A DNA stretch of 64,000 nt from Candidatus Poribacteria bacterium. Its GTDB lineage: Bacteria; Poribacteria; WGA-4E; JAJDTR01. Shown one piece after another: positions 34,486 to 44,668 of this stretch (position 1 is its first letter; every line of letters begins with the position of its first letter). The notes beneath the pieces were generated by a model. The model was not told the origin of the DNA. It was given only the letters and a program-made list of their open reading frames with translations, and did no database searches. Where the stretch lies: positions 303,154 through 367,153 of the forward strand of contig JAPPIK010000006.1 in assembly GCA_028820655.1 (NCBI GenBank). Reading direction: 5' to 3'. Position numbers and translations under genes: made by a program.

Positions 34486-36597
34486 CTATTTCCCGACCAA
34501 CATCTTCCGCGTGGCGCTAAAACCACCCGCGTTCAGCCTATAGAAGTAGACTCCATTTGTTACAGTCTCTCCCATCTCATTCCGCCCGTCCCAATACGCA
34601 GCACGGCTTCGACTGCGATAGGCACCGGCGGGTTGGTGTCCCACTGCCAACGTTCGAACCGCCTGCCCTTTCATATCGTAAATCGTCAAGGTTACCTCCG
34701 CCGGATTCTCCAATTGATACGGTATCCACGTCTCCGGATTGAACGGATTCGGGTAGTTTGGAAGTAGAGCCGTTTGCACCGGTGTCAAAGCCGTTGCCGA
34801 CTGTGAAAGTTCGGCTGTTTGCATCATGCTGTTAATCGCTATGTTTTTGACTCCGCCCCATGTGGTGAGGTACACAAACTCCCACAGCAAAATCGTGCCG
34901 TCCCAGCTCCCACTAACAAGAGTATTCCCACCGGGAGAGAAGGCTAAAGACGAGACATCGTACGTATGGCCTTCAAGTATTCGCATGCTTTCGCCGGTGC
35001 GCGCATTCCAGATTCGAATCGTATCGTCGTAACTCCCACTGGCGAGTATGGGGACCTCGGGGAAGAATGCAACGCAAGAAACCCCGTCTGTATGCCCTTC
35101 CAGTATATGCAATTGGTCCCCTGTACGGGCATTCCAAATCCGAATCGTGTTATCGTTGCTTTCAATCCAAGGCTCAGGTTCTCCGCTTCCGCTTGCCAAA
35201 AATCTCCCGTCATGCGAGAACGCCAAGGAAGTAATCCCAGCCAGTTGTCCGGAAAGCGCCTGCCTATGTTCGCCAGTATGAGCATCCCACAGTCGAATTG
35301 TCTTGTCCTGACTCCCGCTGGCAAGCGTAAATCCGTCGGGAGAGAAAACCACGGACGTAACACCACTCCTATGTCCAAAAAGTGTCTGCTTGAGTTCGCG
35401 AGTACGGACATCCCACAATCGAATCGTGCCGTCCAGACTCCCACTGGCTAGCGTGTCTCCATCGGGCGAGAAAGCTGCGGAGTAGACTTGCTCATGATGC
35501 CCCACAAAGGGTCGATTGTACAATCCAGTGCGTCTGTTCCAGAACTGAACTAATCCGCCCCTATTCCATGCCATGGTGCTCCCATCGGGAGAAAACGCTA
35601 TGCAGCGTAAGCTGCTTGTAAAAGTCTCGGGTGACCCCAAGTGTTCTCCGGTGCGAGCGTCCCACAGGCGAACCATACTGTCCCAGCCCCCTGCACTTGC
35701 AAACGAATCACCGTCCGGAGAAAAAGCGACGTAGATGTCCCGCCAATTCCAATGATCTTGAACGGTGCGTAAAATCTCTCCGGTGCGAGCGTCCCAAAAT
35801 CGAATCACGCTTTCGCCGCCCTGCGATTGTGCGACGGCGATAGTGGAACCATCGGGGGAAAACGCTACGGCTTTGACCCTATCCCGGCGACCTTCAAGGG
35901 AAGGTACGGCTCCCACGACATCGCCCCACGTGCGAATCGTATCGTCAGAACTCCCGCGGGCGAATATAGGTCCACTTTGCAAGAACACTATAGGACTTAT
36001 CCAATGCCGGTGAAGTCCAACAGTAAGAGTAAATGAGGTTTCCCCAGTAGACGCATCCCACAGATGTACTTTGTTGTTCCTACTCCCAAATTGAAGACCT
36101 TCAAGCGTACGTAAGGATTCCCCGGTGTGGACATCCCACAGGCGAATCATCTTGTCCCTGCCCCTACTGGCAAGCGTTAACCCATCGGGCGAGAACACTA
36201 TGGATTTGACACTATCTGTATGCCCCTCAAGGGTGTGGATGCCTTTTCCGGTACGGACATCCCATAATCGAATCGTAGTGTCCCAGCTCCCACTGGCAAG
36301 CTTGGTTCCATCGGGTGAGAAAGCAACAAAAGTCACAAAACTCTCATGTCCGGTGAGCAGGTTGACTTCGGCGCCGGTGGTTGTGTCGTAAAACCAAATA
36401 CCGATGCTGCTTGCTACCGCTAACCGGGTGCCGTCTGGAGTATACGCAATATTGCCGGATATCCAACCCTTGCCAAGGCGCGATTTGACGCCTTCGGGCA
36501 AACCCAATAGGGTATAGTCTTGGGCAAAACCAGACTCTAGGAACAAAACAGAACCGATCAGCAGGTTAAACTGGATAAACTTTGATGGGCTTATCAT
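34486..36597 (-). CDS. secreted WD40 double-propeller protein with T9SS/FlgD-Ig-like C-terminal domain (array member A, subfamily I)
   Basis: Signal-like FNLLIGSVLFLESGFA, box QDYTLLGLPEGVKSRLGKG, many units such as GHTDSVKSIVFSPDGLTLAS..RDKMIRLWDVHTGE, CTD LLPNYPNPFNPETWIPYQL...AAYWDGRNEMGETVTNGVYFYRL...RKMLVGK. Confidence 0.9.
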   Translation of the reverse strand: MISPSKFIQFNLLIGSVLFLESGFAQDYTLLGLPEGVKSRLGKGWISGNIAYTPDGTRLAVASSIGIWFYDTTTGAEVNLLTGHESFVTFVAFSPDGTKLASGSWDTTIRLWDVRTGKGIHTLEGHTDSVKSIVFSPDGLTLASRGRDKMIRLWDVHTGESLRTLEGLQFGSRNNKVHLWDASTGETSFTLTVGLHRHWISPIVFLQSGPIFARGSSDDTIRTWGDVVGAVPSLEGRRDRVKAVAFSPDGSTIAVAQSQGGESVIRFWDARTGEILRTVQDHWNWRDIYVAFSPDGDSFASAGGWDSMVRLWDARTGEHLGSPETFTSSLRCIAFSPDGSTMAWNRGGLVQFWNRRTGLYNRPFVGHHEQVYSAAFSPDGDTLASGSLDGTIRLWDVRTRELKQTLFGHRSGVTSVVFSPDGFTLASGSQDKTIRLWDAHTGEHRQALSGQLAGITSLAFSHDGRFLASGSGEPEPWIESNDNTIRIWNARTGDQLHILEGHTDGVSCVAFFPEVPILASGSYDDTIRIWNARTGESMRILEGHTYDVSSLAFSPGGNTLVSGSWDGTILLWEFVYLTTWGGVKNIAINSMMQTAELSQSATALTPVQTALLPNYPNPFNPETWIPYQLENPAEVTLTIYDMKGQAVRTLAVGHQPAGAYRSRSRAAYWDGRNEMGETVTNGVYFYRLNAGGFSATRKMLVGK

Positions 36598-36626
36598 ATG
36601 ATGTTCCGTTCCGACGAAGGTGAAAT

Positions 36627-38927
36627 TTATTTCCCGACCAACATCTTTCGTGTGGCGGTGAAATCTCCCGCGGACAGCGTGTAGAAATAGACGCCGTCCG
36701 CCACCGTCTCGCCCATTTCATTCCGTCCGTCCCAATAAGCTGCACGATCCCGGCGTTGATAAACGCCTGCGGGCTGGTGTCCTACTTCCAGCATTCGAAC
36801 CGCCTGCCCAATCATGTCATAAATCGTCAAGGTCACCTGCGCCGGATTCTCCAATTGATACGGTATCCACGTCTCCGGATTGAACGGATTCGGGTAGTTT
36901 GCAAGGAGTGCCGTCTCCATCGGGATAGAAAGAGCGGATAAGCGTGAACGATTGAACCGTTGCCTCTTGCGATCTACGACGCTTGTGTGCTTAATATCTG
37001 CCCACGAGGTGAGGCGCCTGAACTCCCACAGCAATATCGTACTATCCCGACTCCCACTGACCAGCGTATTACCATCAGGAGAGAACACCACGGAACTCAC
37101 CCAGTCGGTATGGCCCTTGAGGATTTGCATGCTTTCGCCGGTGCGGGCAGCCCAAATTCGAATCGTATTGTCGTAACTCCCACTGGCGAGTACGGGTGCA
37201 TCGGGTGAGAATGCGACACAGGAGACTGAGGTGGTATGTCCCTCCAAAATATGCAGATGTTCGCCGGTACGGACATCCCAGATCCAGATTGTCTTGCCGA
37301 TGCTTTCGGGATAAGGTCCCCCGCTAGCGCTTGCCAACATTTCCCCGTCGTGCGAGAACGCTACGGACCTAATCTCATCCAGGTGTCCGGTTAAGGTCTG
37401 CCGGTGTTCTCCAGTGCGTCCATCCCATAGGCAAACCGTTTTGTCCACACCCCCACTGGCAAGCGTAAAGCCATCGGGGGAGAAAGCCACGGAATTAACG
37501 CCGCCCTCGTGCGCATGAAACGTCTGAAACTGTTCGGGAACACGCACATCCCACAATCCAATCGAGCCGTCCCAGCCCCCGCTGACAAGCGTGCCTCCAT
37601 CGGGAGAGAAAGCGATAGATCTGTCGCCCCCGGAGTGTCCCCCTATGTTTCGGAATCGGAGCACTCCGGTGCGTACATCCCATGGCCGAATTATGCCTCC
37701 GTCATTCCAGACAAGCGTGCGCCCATCGGGCGAGAACACTATGGAACGCACGAGGTCAGTAGATGTCGCGGGTCTACCGAGGAGTTCGCCGGAGCGGACA
37801 TCCCACAGACGCACCATGCTATCCCAGCCCCCGACGCTTGCAAGCGTGTATCCGTCGGGTGAAAGAGCCACATAGACAGAGCCATTTGTCGCATCCCAGT
37901 GCCCCGAAAGAGAGTGTCGGATCTTTCCGGTGCGAGCGTCCCATAATAGAATCACCGTTTCGTCATATCCCTTCATTGCAAAGGCAAGTGCGGAACCATC
38001 CGGCGGAAACGCTACGTGTTCGTTCTTATGTAGGAGATTTTTAAGCGATGGCGCGGCTTCTACCGCGCGGTTATACGGTGAATGAATCGTACTGCGCATA
38101 CCATCTCGGACAAGCGTCGATCCGTCGGGCAAGAACACTGAAGAACTTAACCAGCGCTGATGGCGTTCAGGAGCAGTTACAGGTTCACCGGTATCAATAA
38201 CCCACAGACGAATCTCTTCCTCTCTCCAACCGGCAAGCGTCGATCCATCGGGCGAAAACGTGATGGCAATGACACTGTCTCGACGCTGCGCAAGGGTGTG
38301 GGTGCCCATGCCTGTACGGACATCCCACAATTGAATGGTGTAGTCCCAAGCCGCGCTGGCTAACTTGGTTCCATCGGGCGAGAACGCTATAGCTTCGACG
38401 CTGCGTGTATGCCCCTCAAGCGTATGAGTGCCTTTACCCGTGCGGACATCCCACAATCGAATCGTATCGTCCCAGCCCAAGCTGGCAAAATTGGTTCCAT
38501 CAGGTGAGAACACCATGATGTCGACTCCACCTGTATGCCCCTCAAGGGTGTGGATGCTTTTACCTGTACGGACATCCCACAATCGAATCGATCTGTCCCA
38601 GCAGACGCCGGCGATCTTGGTTCCGTCCGGCGAGAATGCTATTGAATTAACCTGCTTCGTGTGCCCGATAAGCAAATTGATTTCTGCCCCGGTCTCCACA
38701 TCATGAAGCCAAACACCGGCGCTGCACGGCACCGCTAACACGGTTCCCTCCGGGGAGAACATAATGTCACCAGATATCGAACCCTTCCCAACGCGCGCTT
38801 TTGCGCCCTCGGGCAAACCCTGTCGAGTGTAGTCTTGCGCATAGCTCGAGCTAAGAGACAGAGCGGCAACGACCGAAATGATAATTGGCACGAACAATCG
38901 AAAATTTCTCATCTGACAATATCCCAT
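36627..38927 (-). CDS. secreted WD40 double-propeller protein with T9SS/FlgD-Ig-like CTD (member B, subfamily I)
   Basis: Same architecture as A. Signal-like FVPIIISVVAALSLSSSYA, box QDYTRQGLPEGAKARVGKG, CTD LLANYPNPFNPETWIPYQLENPAQVTLTIYDMIGQAVRML. Alternative start at 38912. Confidence 0.9.
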   Translation of the reverse strand: MGYCQMRNFRLFVPIIISVVAALSLSSSYAQDYTRQGLPEGAKARVGKGSISGDIMFSPEGTVLAVPCSAGVWLHDVETGAEINLLIGHTKQVNSIAFSPDGTKIAGVCWDRSIRLWDVRTGKSIHTLEGHTGGVDIMVFSPDGTNFASLGWDDTIRLWDVRTGKGTHTLEGHTRSVEAIAFSPDGTKLASAAWDYTIQLWDVRTGMGTHTLAQRRDSVIAITFSPDGSTLAGWREEEIRLWVIDTGEPVTAPERHQRWLSSSVFLPDGSTLVRDGMRSTIHSPYNRAVEAAPSLKNLLHKNEHVAFPPDGSALAFAMKGYDETVILLWDARTGKIRHSLSGHWDATNGSVYVALSPDGYTLASVGGWDSMVRLWDVRSGELLGRPATSTDLVRSIVFSPDGRTLVWNDGGIIRPWDVRTGVLRFRNIGGHSGGDRSIAFSPDGGTLVSGGWDGSIGLWDVRVPEQFQTFHAHEGGVNSVAFSPDGFTLASGGVDKTVCLWDGRTGEHRQTLTGHLDEIRSVAFSHDGEMLASASGGPYPESIGKTIWIWDVRTGEHLHILEGHTTSVSCVAFSPDAPVLASGSYDNTIRIWAARTGESMQILKGHTDWVSSVVFSPDGNTLVSGSRDSTILLWEFRRLTSWADIKHTSVVDRKRQRFNRSRLSALSIPMETALLANYPNPFNPETWIPYQLENPAQVTLTIYDMIGQAVRMLEVGHQPAGVYQRRDRAAYWDGRNEMGETVADGVYFYTLSAGDFTATRKMLVGK

Positions 38928-38944
38928 ACCGGCGAATCGAAATC

Positions 38945-41227
38945 CTACTTGCCGACCAGCATCTTCCTCGTGGCGGAAAAATCACCCGCAGTCAATGTGC
39001 AAAAATAAACCCCGTTCGCCACCGTTTCTCTATTTTGATTGCATCCGTCCCAAAACGCCGCACGCTCGCGGTTCCGATACATCCCGGCGGGTTGATGTCC
39101 CATATCCAGCGTCCGAACCGCCCGTCCCTTCATGTCATAAATCGTCAGCATCACTTCTGCCGGTTCTCCCAACTGATAAGGTATCCACGTCTCCGGATTG
39201 AACGGATTCGGGTAGTTTGACAGGAGTGCCGTATCTATCGGGATGATAAGATTGGCTGGAGGCGAAGCGCCCGGCAATTGCCTAGTTCCGGCAGAGACCG
39301 ATTCTCTCTTAATGTCGCCCCATGCTGTGGCACGCATTAAATCCCATAGTAATATTGTGCCATCAGAACTTCTACTGACAAGCGTGGCGCTGTCGGGAGA
39401 AAACGTAATGGATCGAACCCACCCCGCATGTCCTTCTAAGGTCCGCAGGTGTCTGCCAGTAGAAACATCCCACAAACGAACCGTATTGTCCAAACCTCCA
39501 CTGGCAAATATAGATCCATCCGGCGAAAACGCTACAGATAGAATTCCCTTCGCGTGCCCCTTAAGGGTTTGAAACTGCTGCCCGGTACGGGCGTCCCAAA
39601 TTCGGATCGCGTTGCTGCCCCATCCGCCTCCACTGGCAAGCGTCTGTCCATTCGATGAAATCGCCACACACCTAATCCCCTCTATATTCCCTCCAAATAT
39701 CTGCAAGTGGTCACCGGTGGAAACATCCCATAAACGAATTGTACCGTCGTCACTCCCACTGGCAAGCTTGAATCCATCAAGGGAGAAAGCTATTGAACTC
39801 ACTCCATCCGTATGCCCCCTAAGGATGTACAGCACCTCCCCGGTGCGCGCATCCCACAGACGAACTGTTCCGTCCCCATTTCCACTGGCAAGCGCGGAAC
39901 CATCGGGCGAGAAATCAATGGTGTTGATCCAACCCCTATTTCCCTTCAGAGTTTTTGTGCGTTCTCCGGTACGGGTGTCCCACAGACGAATCATTCGATC
40001 CTCGCTCCCGCAGGCAAGCGTAAATCCATCGGGGGACAACGCAACGGATCCGACCCAGCCTATATTTCCCACGATTGCGCGTCTGTGTTTTCCCGTGTGT
40101 ACATCCCACAGATGAATCGTGTTGTCGTGATCTGAAGTGACGAGGGTTGGTCCTCCGGGCAAGAACGCGACGGAACGAGGATAATCTGCATGTCCCTCCA
40201 GTGTATGAAGGTGTTCTCCGGTACGGGTGTCCCACAGACGAACCGCGTCATCGTCACCCGCACTGGCGAGCGTAGAGCCATCGGGTGAGAACGCCACCGA
40301 ATCAACCCCCCAATTATGTCCCACTAGGGTATGCGTCTGTTTCCACGTACGGGTATCCCACAGCCGTACCGTGTCATCATACCAGCCTCCCGCGCTCGCA
40401 AGCATGTCTCCTTCGGGCGAGAAGGCCACCCAACCAACCGTCGCCCTATGTCCTTCAAGGGTTTGCACATGTTCCCACGTGCCGGTGTCCCACAACTCAA
40501 TTCTTCCGGGCGGACTCGACGCTCCGGCTCCGCCCAGAAGCCTTCCGGCAGCAAGCGTGAGTCCGTCAGGGGAGAACGCGACAACGAAGTTTCCCCCAGT
40601 TTGATAATCACGCATTGTTTTTATGGCATCTCCGGTGCGCACATCCCATACACGGAGGGTTGCGTCTGATGCTGCACTGGCAAGCGTGAAGCCATCGGGC
40701 GAAAACGCCACGGACTGGAGCCTATCTTCATGGCCAGTAAGAGTGTGCAATCCCTCTCCCGTGCGGGTATCCCACAGCCGAATGGTTCTGTCCCAAGCTC
40801 CACTGGCAAGCGTGAAACCGTCCGGGGAAAATGCAACGCAATTAATACCGCCGACATGTCCTTCGAGCGTCCGCACGTGTTTCCCGTTACCCGCATCCCA
40901 CAATCGGAGACCATCATAATACCCAACGGCGAGCGTGGCGCTATCAGGCGAGAACGCCACGGAATATGCAATGCGTGTATGCCTTGCGATCAGGTTTACC
41001 TCCGCGTAGGTGTGCGCATCATACAGCCAAATGCCGATGTAACTCGTGACTGCGAGCCGCCGACCATCCGGGGAATAGGCGACATTGCCAGTTATCCCGC
41101 CTTTACCGAGCCTCGCTTTTGCGCCCTCGGGCAACCCCCATCGGGTAGAGTCCTGGGCAAAACTGATTCGCAGAGCCAAAGTGAAAACGATCAAAAGCCA
41201 GAGTTTGAAAAGCCGAGATTTTCTCAT
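38945..41227 (-). CDS. secreted WD40 double-propeller protein with T9SS/FlgD-Ig-like CTD (member C, subfamily II)
   Basis: Start taken at MRKSRLFKLWLLIVFTLALRISFA (the listed ORF extends to 41299). Box QDSTRWGLPEGAKARLGKG, about 14 WD units, CTD LLSNYPNPFNPETWIPYQLGEPAEVMLTIYDMKGRAVRTL. Confidence 0.9.
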   Translation of the reverse strand: MRKSRLFKLWLLIVFTLALRISFAQDSTRWGLPEGAKARLGKGGITGNVAYSPDGRRLAVTSYIGIWLYDAHTYAEVNLIARHTRIAYSVAFSPDSATLAVGYYDGLRLWDAGNGKHVRTLEGHVGGINCVAFSPDGFTLASGAWDRTIRLWDTRTGEGLHTLTGHEDRLQSVAFSPDGFTLASAASDATLRVWDVRTGDAIKTMRDYQTGGNFVVAFSPDGLTLAAGRLLGGAGASSPPGRIELWDTGTWEHVQTLEGHRATVGWVAFSPEGDMLASAGGWYDDTVRLWDTRTWKQTHTLVGHNWGVDSVAFSPDGSTLASAGDDDAVRLWDTRTGEHLHTLEGHADYPRSVAFLPGGPTLVTSDHDNTIHLWDVHTGKHRRAIVGNIGWVGSVALSPDGFTLACGSEDRMIRLWDTRTGERTKTLKGNRGWINTIDFSPDGSALASGNGDGTVRLWDARTGEVLYILRGHTDGVSSIAFSLDGFKLASGSDDGTIRLWDVSTGDHLQIFGGNIEGIRCVAISSNGQTLASGGGWGSNAIRIWDARTGQQFQTLKGHAKGILSVAFSPDGSIFASGGLDNTVRLWDVSTGRHLRTLEGHAGWVRSITFSPDSATLVSRSSDGTILLWDLMRATAWGDIKRESVSAGTRQLPGASPPANLIIPIDTALLSNYPNPFNPETWIPYQLGEPAEVMLTIYDMKGRAVRTLDMGHQPAGMYRNRERAAFWDGCNQNRETVANGVYFCTLTAGDFSATRKMLVGK

Positions 41228-41258
41228 TGAATGATGTTCCTTACGGAAAACGTGAGTT

Positions 41259-42247
41259 TCACTTGCCGACCAGCATTTTGCGCGTGGCAGAAAAATCACC
41301 TGCAGTCAGCCTATAAAAATAGACGCCATTCGCCACCGTCTCGCCATGCCGATTACGCCCGTCCCAATACGCGGCACGATCCCGGATCTGATAAACACCG
41401 GCGGGTTGGTGCCCTACTTCCAGCGCCCGAACGGTCTGTCCCTTCATATCGTAAATCGTCAACGCCACCTCTGCGGGATTTTTCAGTTGATACGGCATCC
41501 ACGTCTCCGGGTTGAACGGATTTGAGCAGTTTGCGAGGAGCGCAGTTTCTGTCGACGCTAAAAGTGCGACTGAAGGTGAGAGTTCCGGCAATTGCCTCGT
41601 CAAATCGGTAGCCGCCGCTCGCTTCGCCTCACCCCACGTCCTTGAACGCATCAGGTCCCACAATAAAATTGTGCCATCGTTGCTCCCACTTGCCAGCGTT
41701 AGCCCATCGGGAGAAAACGCTACGGAACCCACCCACCAGTATGTCCCTCAAGTGTCCACAGACGTTCTTCGGTGTTAGCGTCCCATATGCGAATCGTGTC
41801 GTCCGAACCTCCGCTCGCAAGCCTGGCTCCATCGGGAGAAGACGCCACGGACGTGACAGCGCCGTGGTGCCCCACAAGAGCGTGCGTGGCTTTCGCTGTA
41901 CGGAGATCGCAGAGACGAATTATCGCATCCCGATTGCCGCCGCTAGCAAGCACCGAACCATCGGGCGAGAAAGCTACGGCATACACCTCTTCCGAATGAC
42001 CGGTGAGAAGGCTGACTTCGGCACCTGTGTTCGCGTCGTAGAGCCACACGCCAATGCTACTCGCGACGGCAAGCCTCGTCCCGTCAGGGGAATAGGCAAT
42101 CTTGCATGTGATCTCTCCCTTTCCGAGCCGCATCTTGGCGCCCTCGTGCAATTCCCATCGGGTATAGTTTTGTGCAAAACCGCCCTCCAAGAAGAAAACA
42201 GAAACGATCAGCAGGTAAAACTGGAAAAACTTCGATGGTCTAATCAC
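41259..42247 (-). pseudogene. collapsed, frameshifted WD40/CTD minigene
   Basis: GTG at 42247 gives VIRPSKFFQFYLLIVSVFFLEGGFAQNYTRWELHEGAKMRLGKG plus about four WD units, ending EGHTGGWVP and a stop. One base out of frame it continues (W)VGSVAFSPDGLTLASGSNDGTILLWDL... plus a complete CTD (ORF 41259-41732). The upstream part of the listed ORF 41720-42679 only overlaps gene D. Confidence 0.7.
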
Positions 42248-42276
42248 AAGATTTCCCTTTTCAACGAAGGCGAAAT

Positions 42277-44571
42277 TCACTTTCCGATCAACATTTTGCC
42301 GGTGGCGGAAAAACCATCGGCGATGAGTGTACAGAAATAGACGCCATTTACTACCATCTCGCCCTGCTGATTGCGCCCGTCCCAATACGCGGCACGATCC
42401 CGACTCCGATATACGCCGGGGAATTGGTGTCCCATCTCCAGCGTTCGAACGATCTGTCCAGTCATATTTAAAATCGTCAAGGTGACATCTGCCGGTTTCC
42501 TCAACTGATAAGGTATCCACGTCTCCGGATTGAAAGGATTCGGGTAGTTCGGAAATAGAGCCGTCTCCATCGGGATAATGGGAACCGCCGGTAGTGAGAG
42601 TTCTACCGATTGCCTCGTCCCGCCGACAATTTCCAATCGTTTTATCTCGCCCCACGTCGTGAGGCGCCTCACGTCCCATAGCAAGGTTGTGCCATCGCCA
42701 CTCCCACTGACAAGCGTGGTTCCGTCGGGCGAGAAGGTCACGAAACGTACCGACCCCATATGTCCTTCAAAGGTCTGCAGGTGTTCACCGGTGAATACAT
42801 CCCATAGTCGAACTGTACGGTCATAGCTTCCGCTGGCGAGCGTTGAACCGTGGGGTGAAAACGCGACGCAATCGACCGAGGCGGTGTGACCTGCAAGCGT
42901 CGCCAAGTGTTCCCCGGTGCGCGCATCCCACAGAAGTATCGTGTCATCCCGGTAACCGCCGGCACTCGCCAACGTATTCCGATCGGGAGAGAACACCACG
43001 GATGAAACGCTCGCTGAATGCCCTTCAAGGATGTGCAGCTGTCTTCCTGTGCGGACATCCCACAGCCGAATTGTCTTATCATCGGACGCCCCGCCACTGG
43101 CAAGTGTGACCCCGTCGGGGGAAAACGCAACGGAACTGACACCATCCGTGTGTTCTCTAACGGAATACAACTGCTTGCCACTCTGTACATCCCACAGGCG
43201 AACTAGCTTGTCCCCACCGCCGCTAGCGAGCGTGAACCCATCCGGTGAGAAAGCGATAGCGCCGACCGAAGCCTTATGTCCATTCAGAATCTCTATGAGT
43301 TCTCCGGACCGTGTGTCCCATAGACGAATCATTAGGTCTCTGCTTCCGCACGCGAGGGTGAGTCCATCCGGGGTCAGCGCAACGCGCCCGCCGACCCAGC
43401 CTATATTTCCCACGATAGCGCGCCTGTGTGTTCCAGAGTGAGCATCCCACAGATGGATGGAGTTGTCGATACGACCAGTGACATGCACCGGTCCATCCGG
43501 CAAGTACGCGAAGGCACGAGGATAATCTGCATGTCCCTCCAGTGTGTGAAGGTGTTCTCCGGTGCGGGCATCCCACAGGCGAACCGTGTCATCGTGATCA
43601 CTCGCACTGGCGAGCGTGAGACCATCGGGCGAGAACGCCACGGATTCAATCCACCGACTACTCCCCACTAGGGTGTGCGTCTGTGTCCAAGTGCGGGTAT
43701 CCCACAATCGCACCGTGTCGTCATACCATCCTCCCCCGCTGGCAAGCGCGTTTCCATCGGACGAGAAGGCCACGCAACCCACCGTCGCCTTATGTCCCTG
43801 GAGGGTCTGCACATGTTCCCACGTGCGGGTATCCCACAGCTTGATCTCGCCGGGAGGACTCGGCTCGCCGGCCCCGCTCGAATCTCTTGCTCCGGCAAGC
43901 GTAAGTCCGTCCGGGGAGAACGCCGCCATATAACCTCCCCAGCGCGAAGCTTCGCCCAGCGTATGTATGGCTTCTCCGGTGCGGACATCCCATAGTCGAA
44001 TCGTGTCGTCGTCACTCCCGCTCGCGAGCGTGATGCCGTCGGGCGAGAACGCTACGGACCGGACATCATCTGTATGCCCTTCAAGCGTGTGTAGACTCAC
44101 CCCGGCGCGGGCATCCCATAGTCGAATTGTTTTGTCCCTACCACCACTGGCGAGCGTGATGCCGTCGGAGGAAAACGCCACGCAATGAACACGGCCGACA
44201 TGCCCTTCGAGTGTGCGCTCGTGTTTCCCGGTACCCCCATCCCACAATCGGAGGGAATCATAATACCCAACGGCGAGCAGGGAGCTATCGTGCGAGAACG
44301 CTACGGAGTATGCCCGGCTCGTATGCCTTGCGATCAGGTTTGTCTCGGCGTAGGTACTCGCATCATACAGCCATATGCCGATGTTGGTCGCAACCGCGAG
44401 CCGCCGACCATCCGGGGAATAGGCGATATTTCCAGATATGGCGCCTTTACCCAAGCGCGCTTTGGCGCCACCGGGCAAACCCCATCGAGTATAGTCTTGG
44501 GCAAAACCAGCTCGCAGAGCCAGAGAGAAAACGATCAAGAAGCTAAGTTTGAGAAACCGAGATTTTCGCAC
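42277..44571 (-). CDS. secreted WD40 double-propeller protein with T9SS/FlgD-Ig-like CTD (member D, subfamily II)
   Basis: GTG start. MRKSRFLKLSFLIVFSLALRAGFA, QDYTRWGLPGGAKARLGKG. Colinear with member C (e.g. GWYDDTVRLWDTRTW.QTHTLVG, GHADYPR). CTD LFPNYPNPFNPETWIPYQLRKPADVTLTILNMTGQIVRTL. Confidence 0.9.
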   Translation of the reverse strand: MRKSRFLKLSFLIVFSLALRAGFAQDYTRWGLPGGAKARLGKGAISGNIAYSPDGRRLAVATNIGIWLYDASTYAETNLIARHTSRAYSVAFSHDSSLLAVGYYDSLRLWDGGTGKHERTLEGHVGRVHCVAFSSDGITLASGGRDKTIRLWDARAGVSLHTLEGHTDDVRSVAFSPDGITLASGSDDDTIRLWDVRTGEAIHTLGEASRWGGYMAAFSPDGLTLAGARDSSGAGEPSPPGEIKLWDTRTWEHVQTLQGHKATVGCVAFSSDGNALASGGGWYDDTVRLWDTRTWTQTHTLVGSSRWIESVAFSPDGLTLASASDHDDTVRLWDARTGEHLHTLEGHADYPRAFAYLPDGPVHVTGRIDNSIHLWDAHSGTHRRAIVGNIGWVGGRVALTPDGLTLACGSRDLMIRLWDTRSGELIEILNGHKASVGAIAFSPDGFTLASGGGDKLVRLWDVQSGKQLYSVREHTDGVSSVAFSPDGVTLASGGASDDKTIRLWDVRTGRQLHILEGHSASVSSVVFSPDRNTLASAGGYRDDTILLWDARTGEHLATLAGHTASVDCVAFSPHGSTLASGSYDRTVRLWDVFTGEHLQTFEGHMGSVRFVTFSPDGTTLVSGSGDGTTLLWDVRRLTTWGEIKRLEIVGGTRQSVELSLPAVPIIPMETALFPNYPNPFNPETWIPYQLRKPADVTLTILNMTGQIVRTLEMGHQFPGVYRSRDRAAYWDGRNQQGEMVVNGVYFCTLIADGFSATGKMLIGK

Positions 44572-44620
44572 CGAATGATGTTCCTTGCCGCGATATAGAA
44601 CCTACGGGGTTACGGCACAC

Positions 44621-44660
44621 GGGGATCTCTATCGCACTCGCTATCCACTCGCTTGATTCT
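44621..44660 (-). repeat. repeat family B copy inside the WD40 array (between members D and E)
   Basis: GGGGATCTCTATCGCACTCGCTATCCACTCGCTTGATTCT. This copy accounts for the only long (97 nt) intergenic gap in the array. Confidence 0.7.
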
Positions 44661-44668
44661 ACAACTTT

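Noticed and set aside
14400-38900. Sigma54 -24/-12 promoters for the NtrC-like regulator (TGGCAC occurrences near 14402, 20898, 33597 and 38886).
   Set aside because: None has a TTGC(A/T) element at the correct 5-nt spacing in an intergenic, correctly oriented position.
41720-42679. The listed 319-aa ORF as one gene.
   Set aside because: Its upstream third merely overlaps the 3' end of WD40 member D in another frame. Only the part from the GTG at 42247 downstream shows the family leader and WD units.
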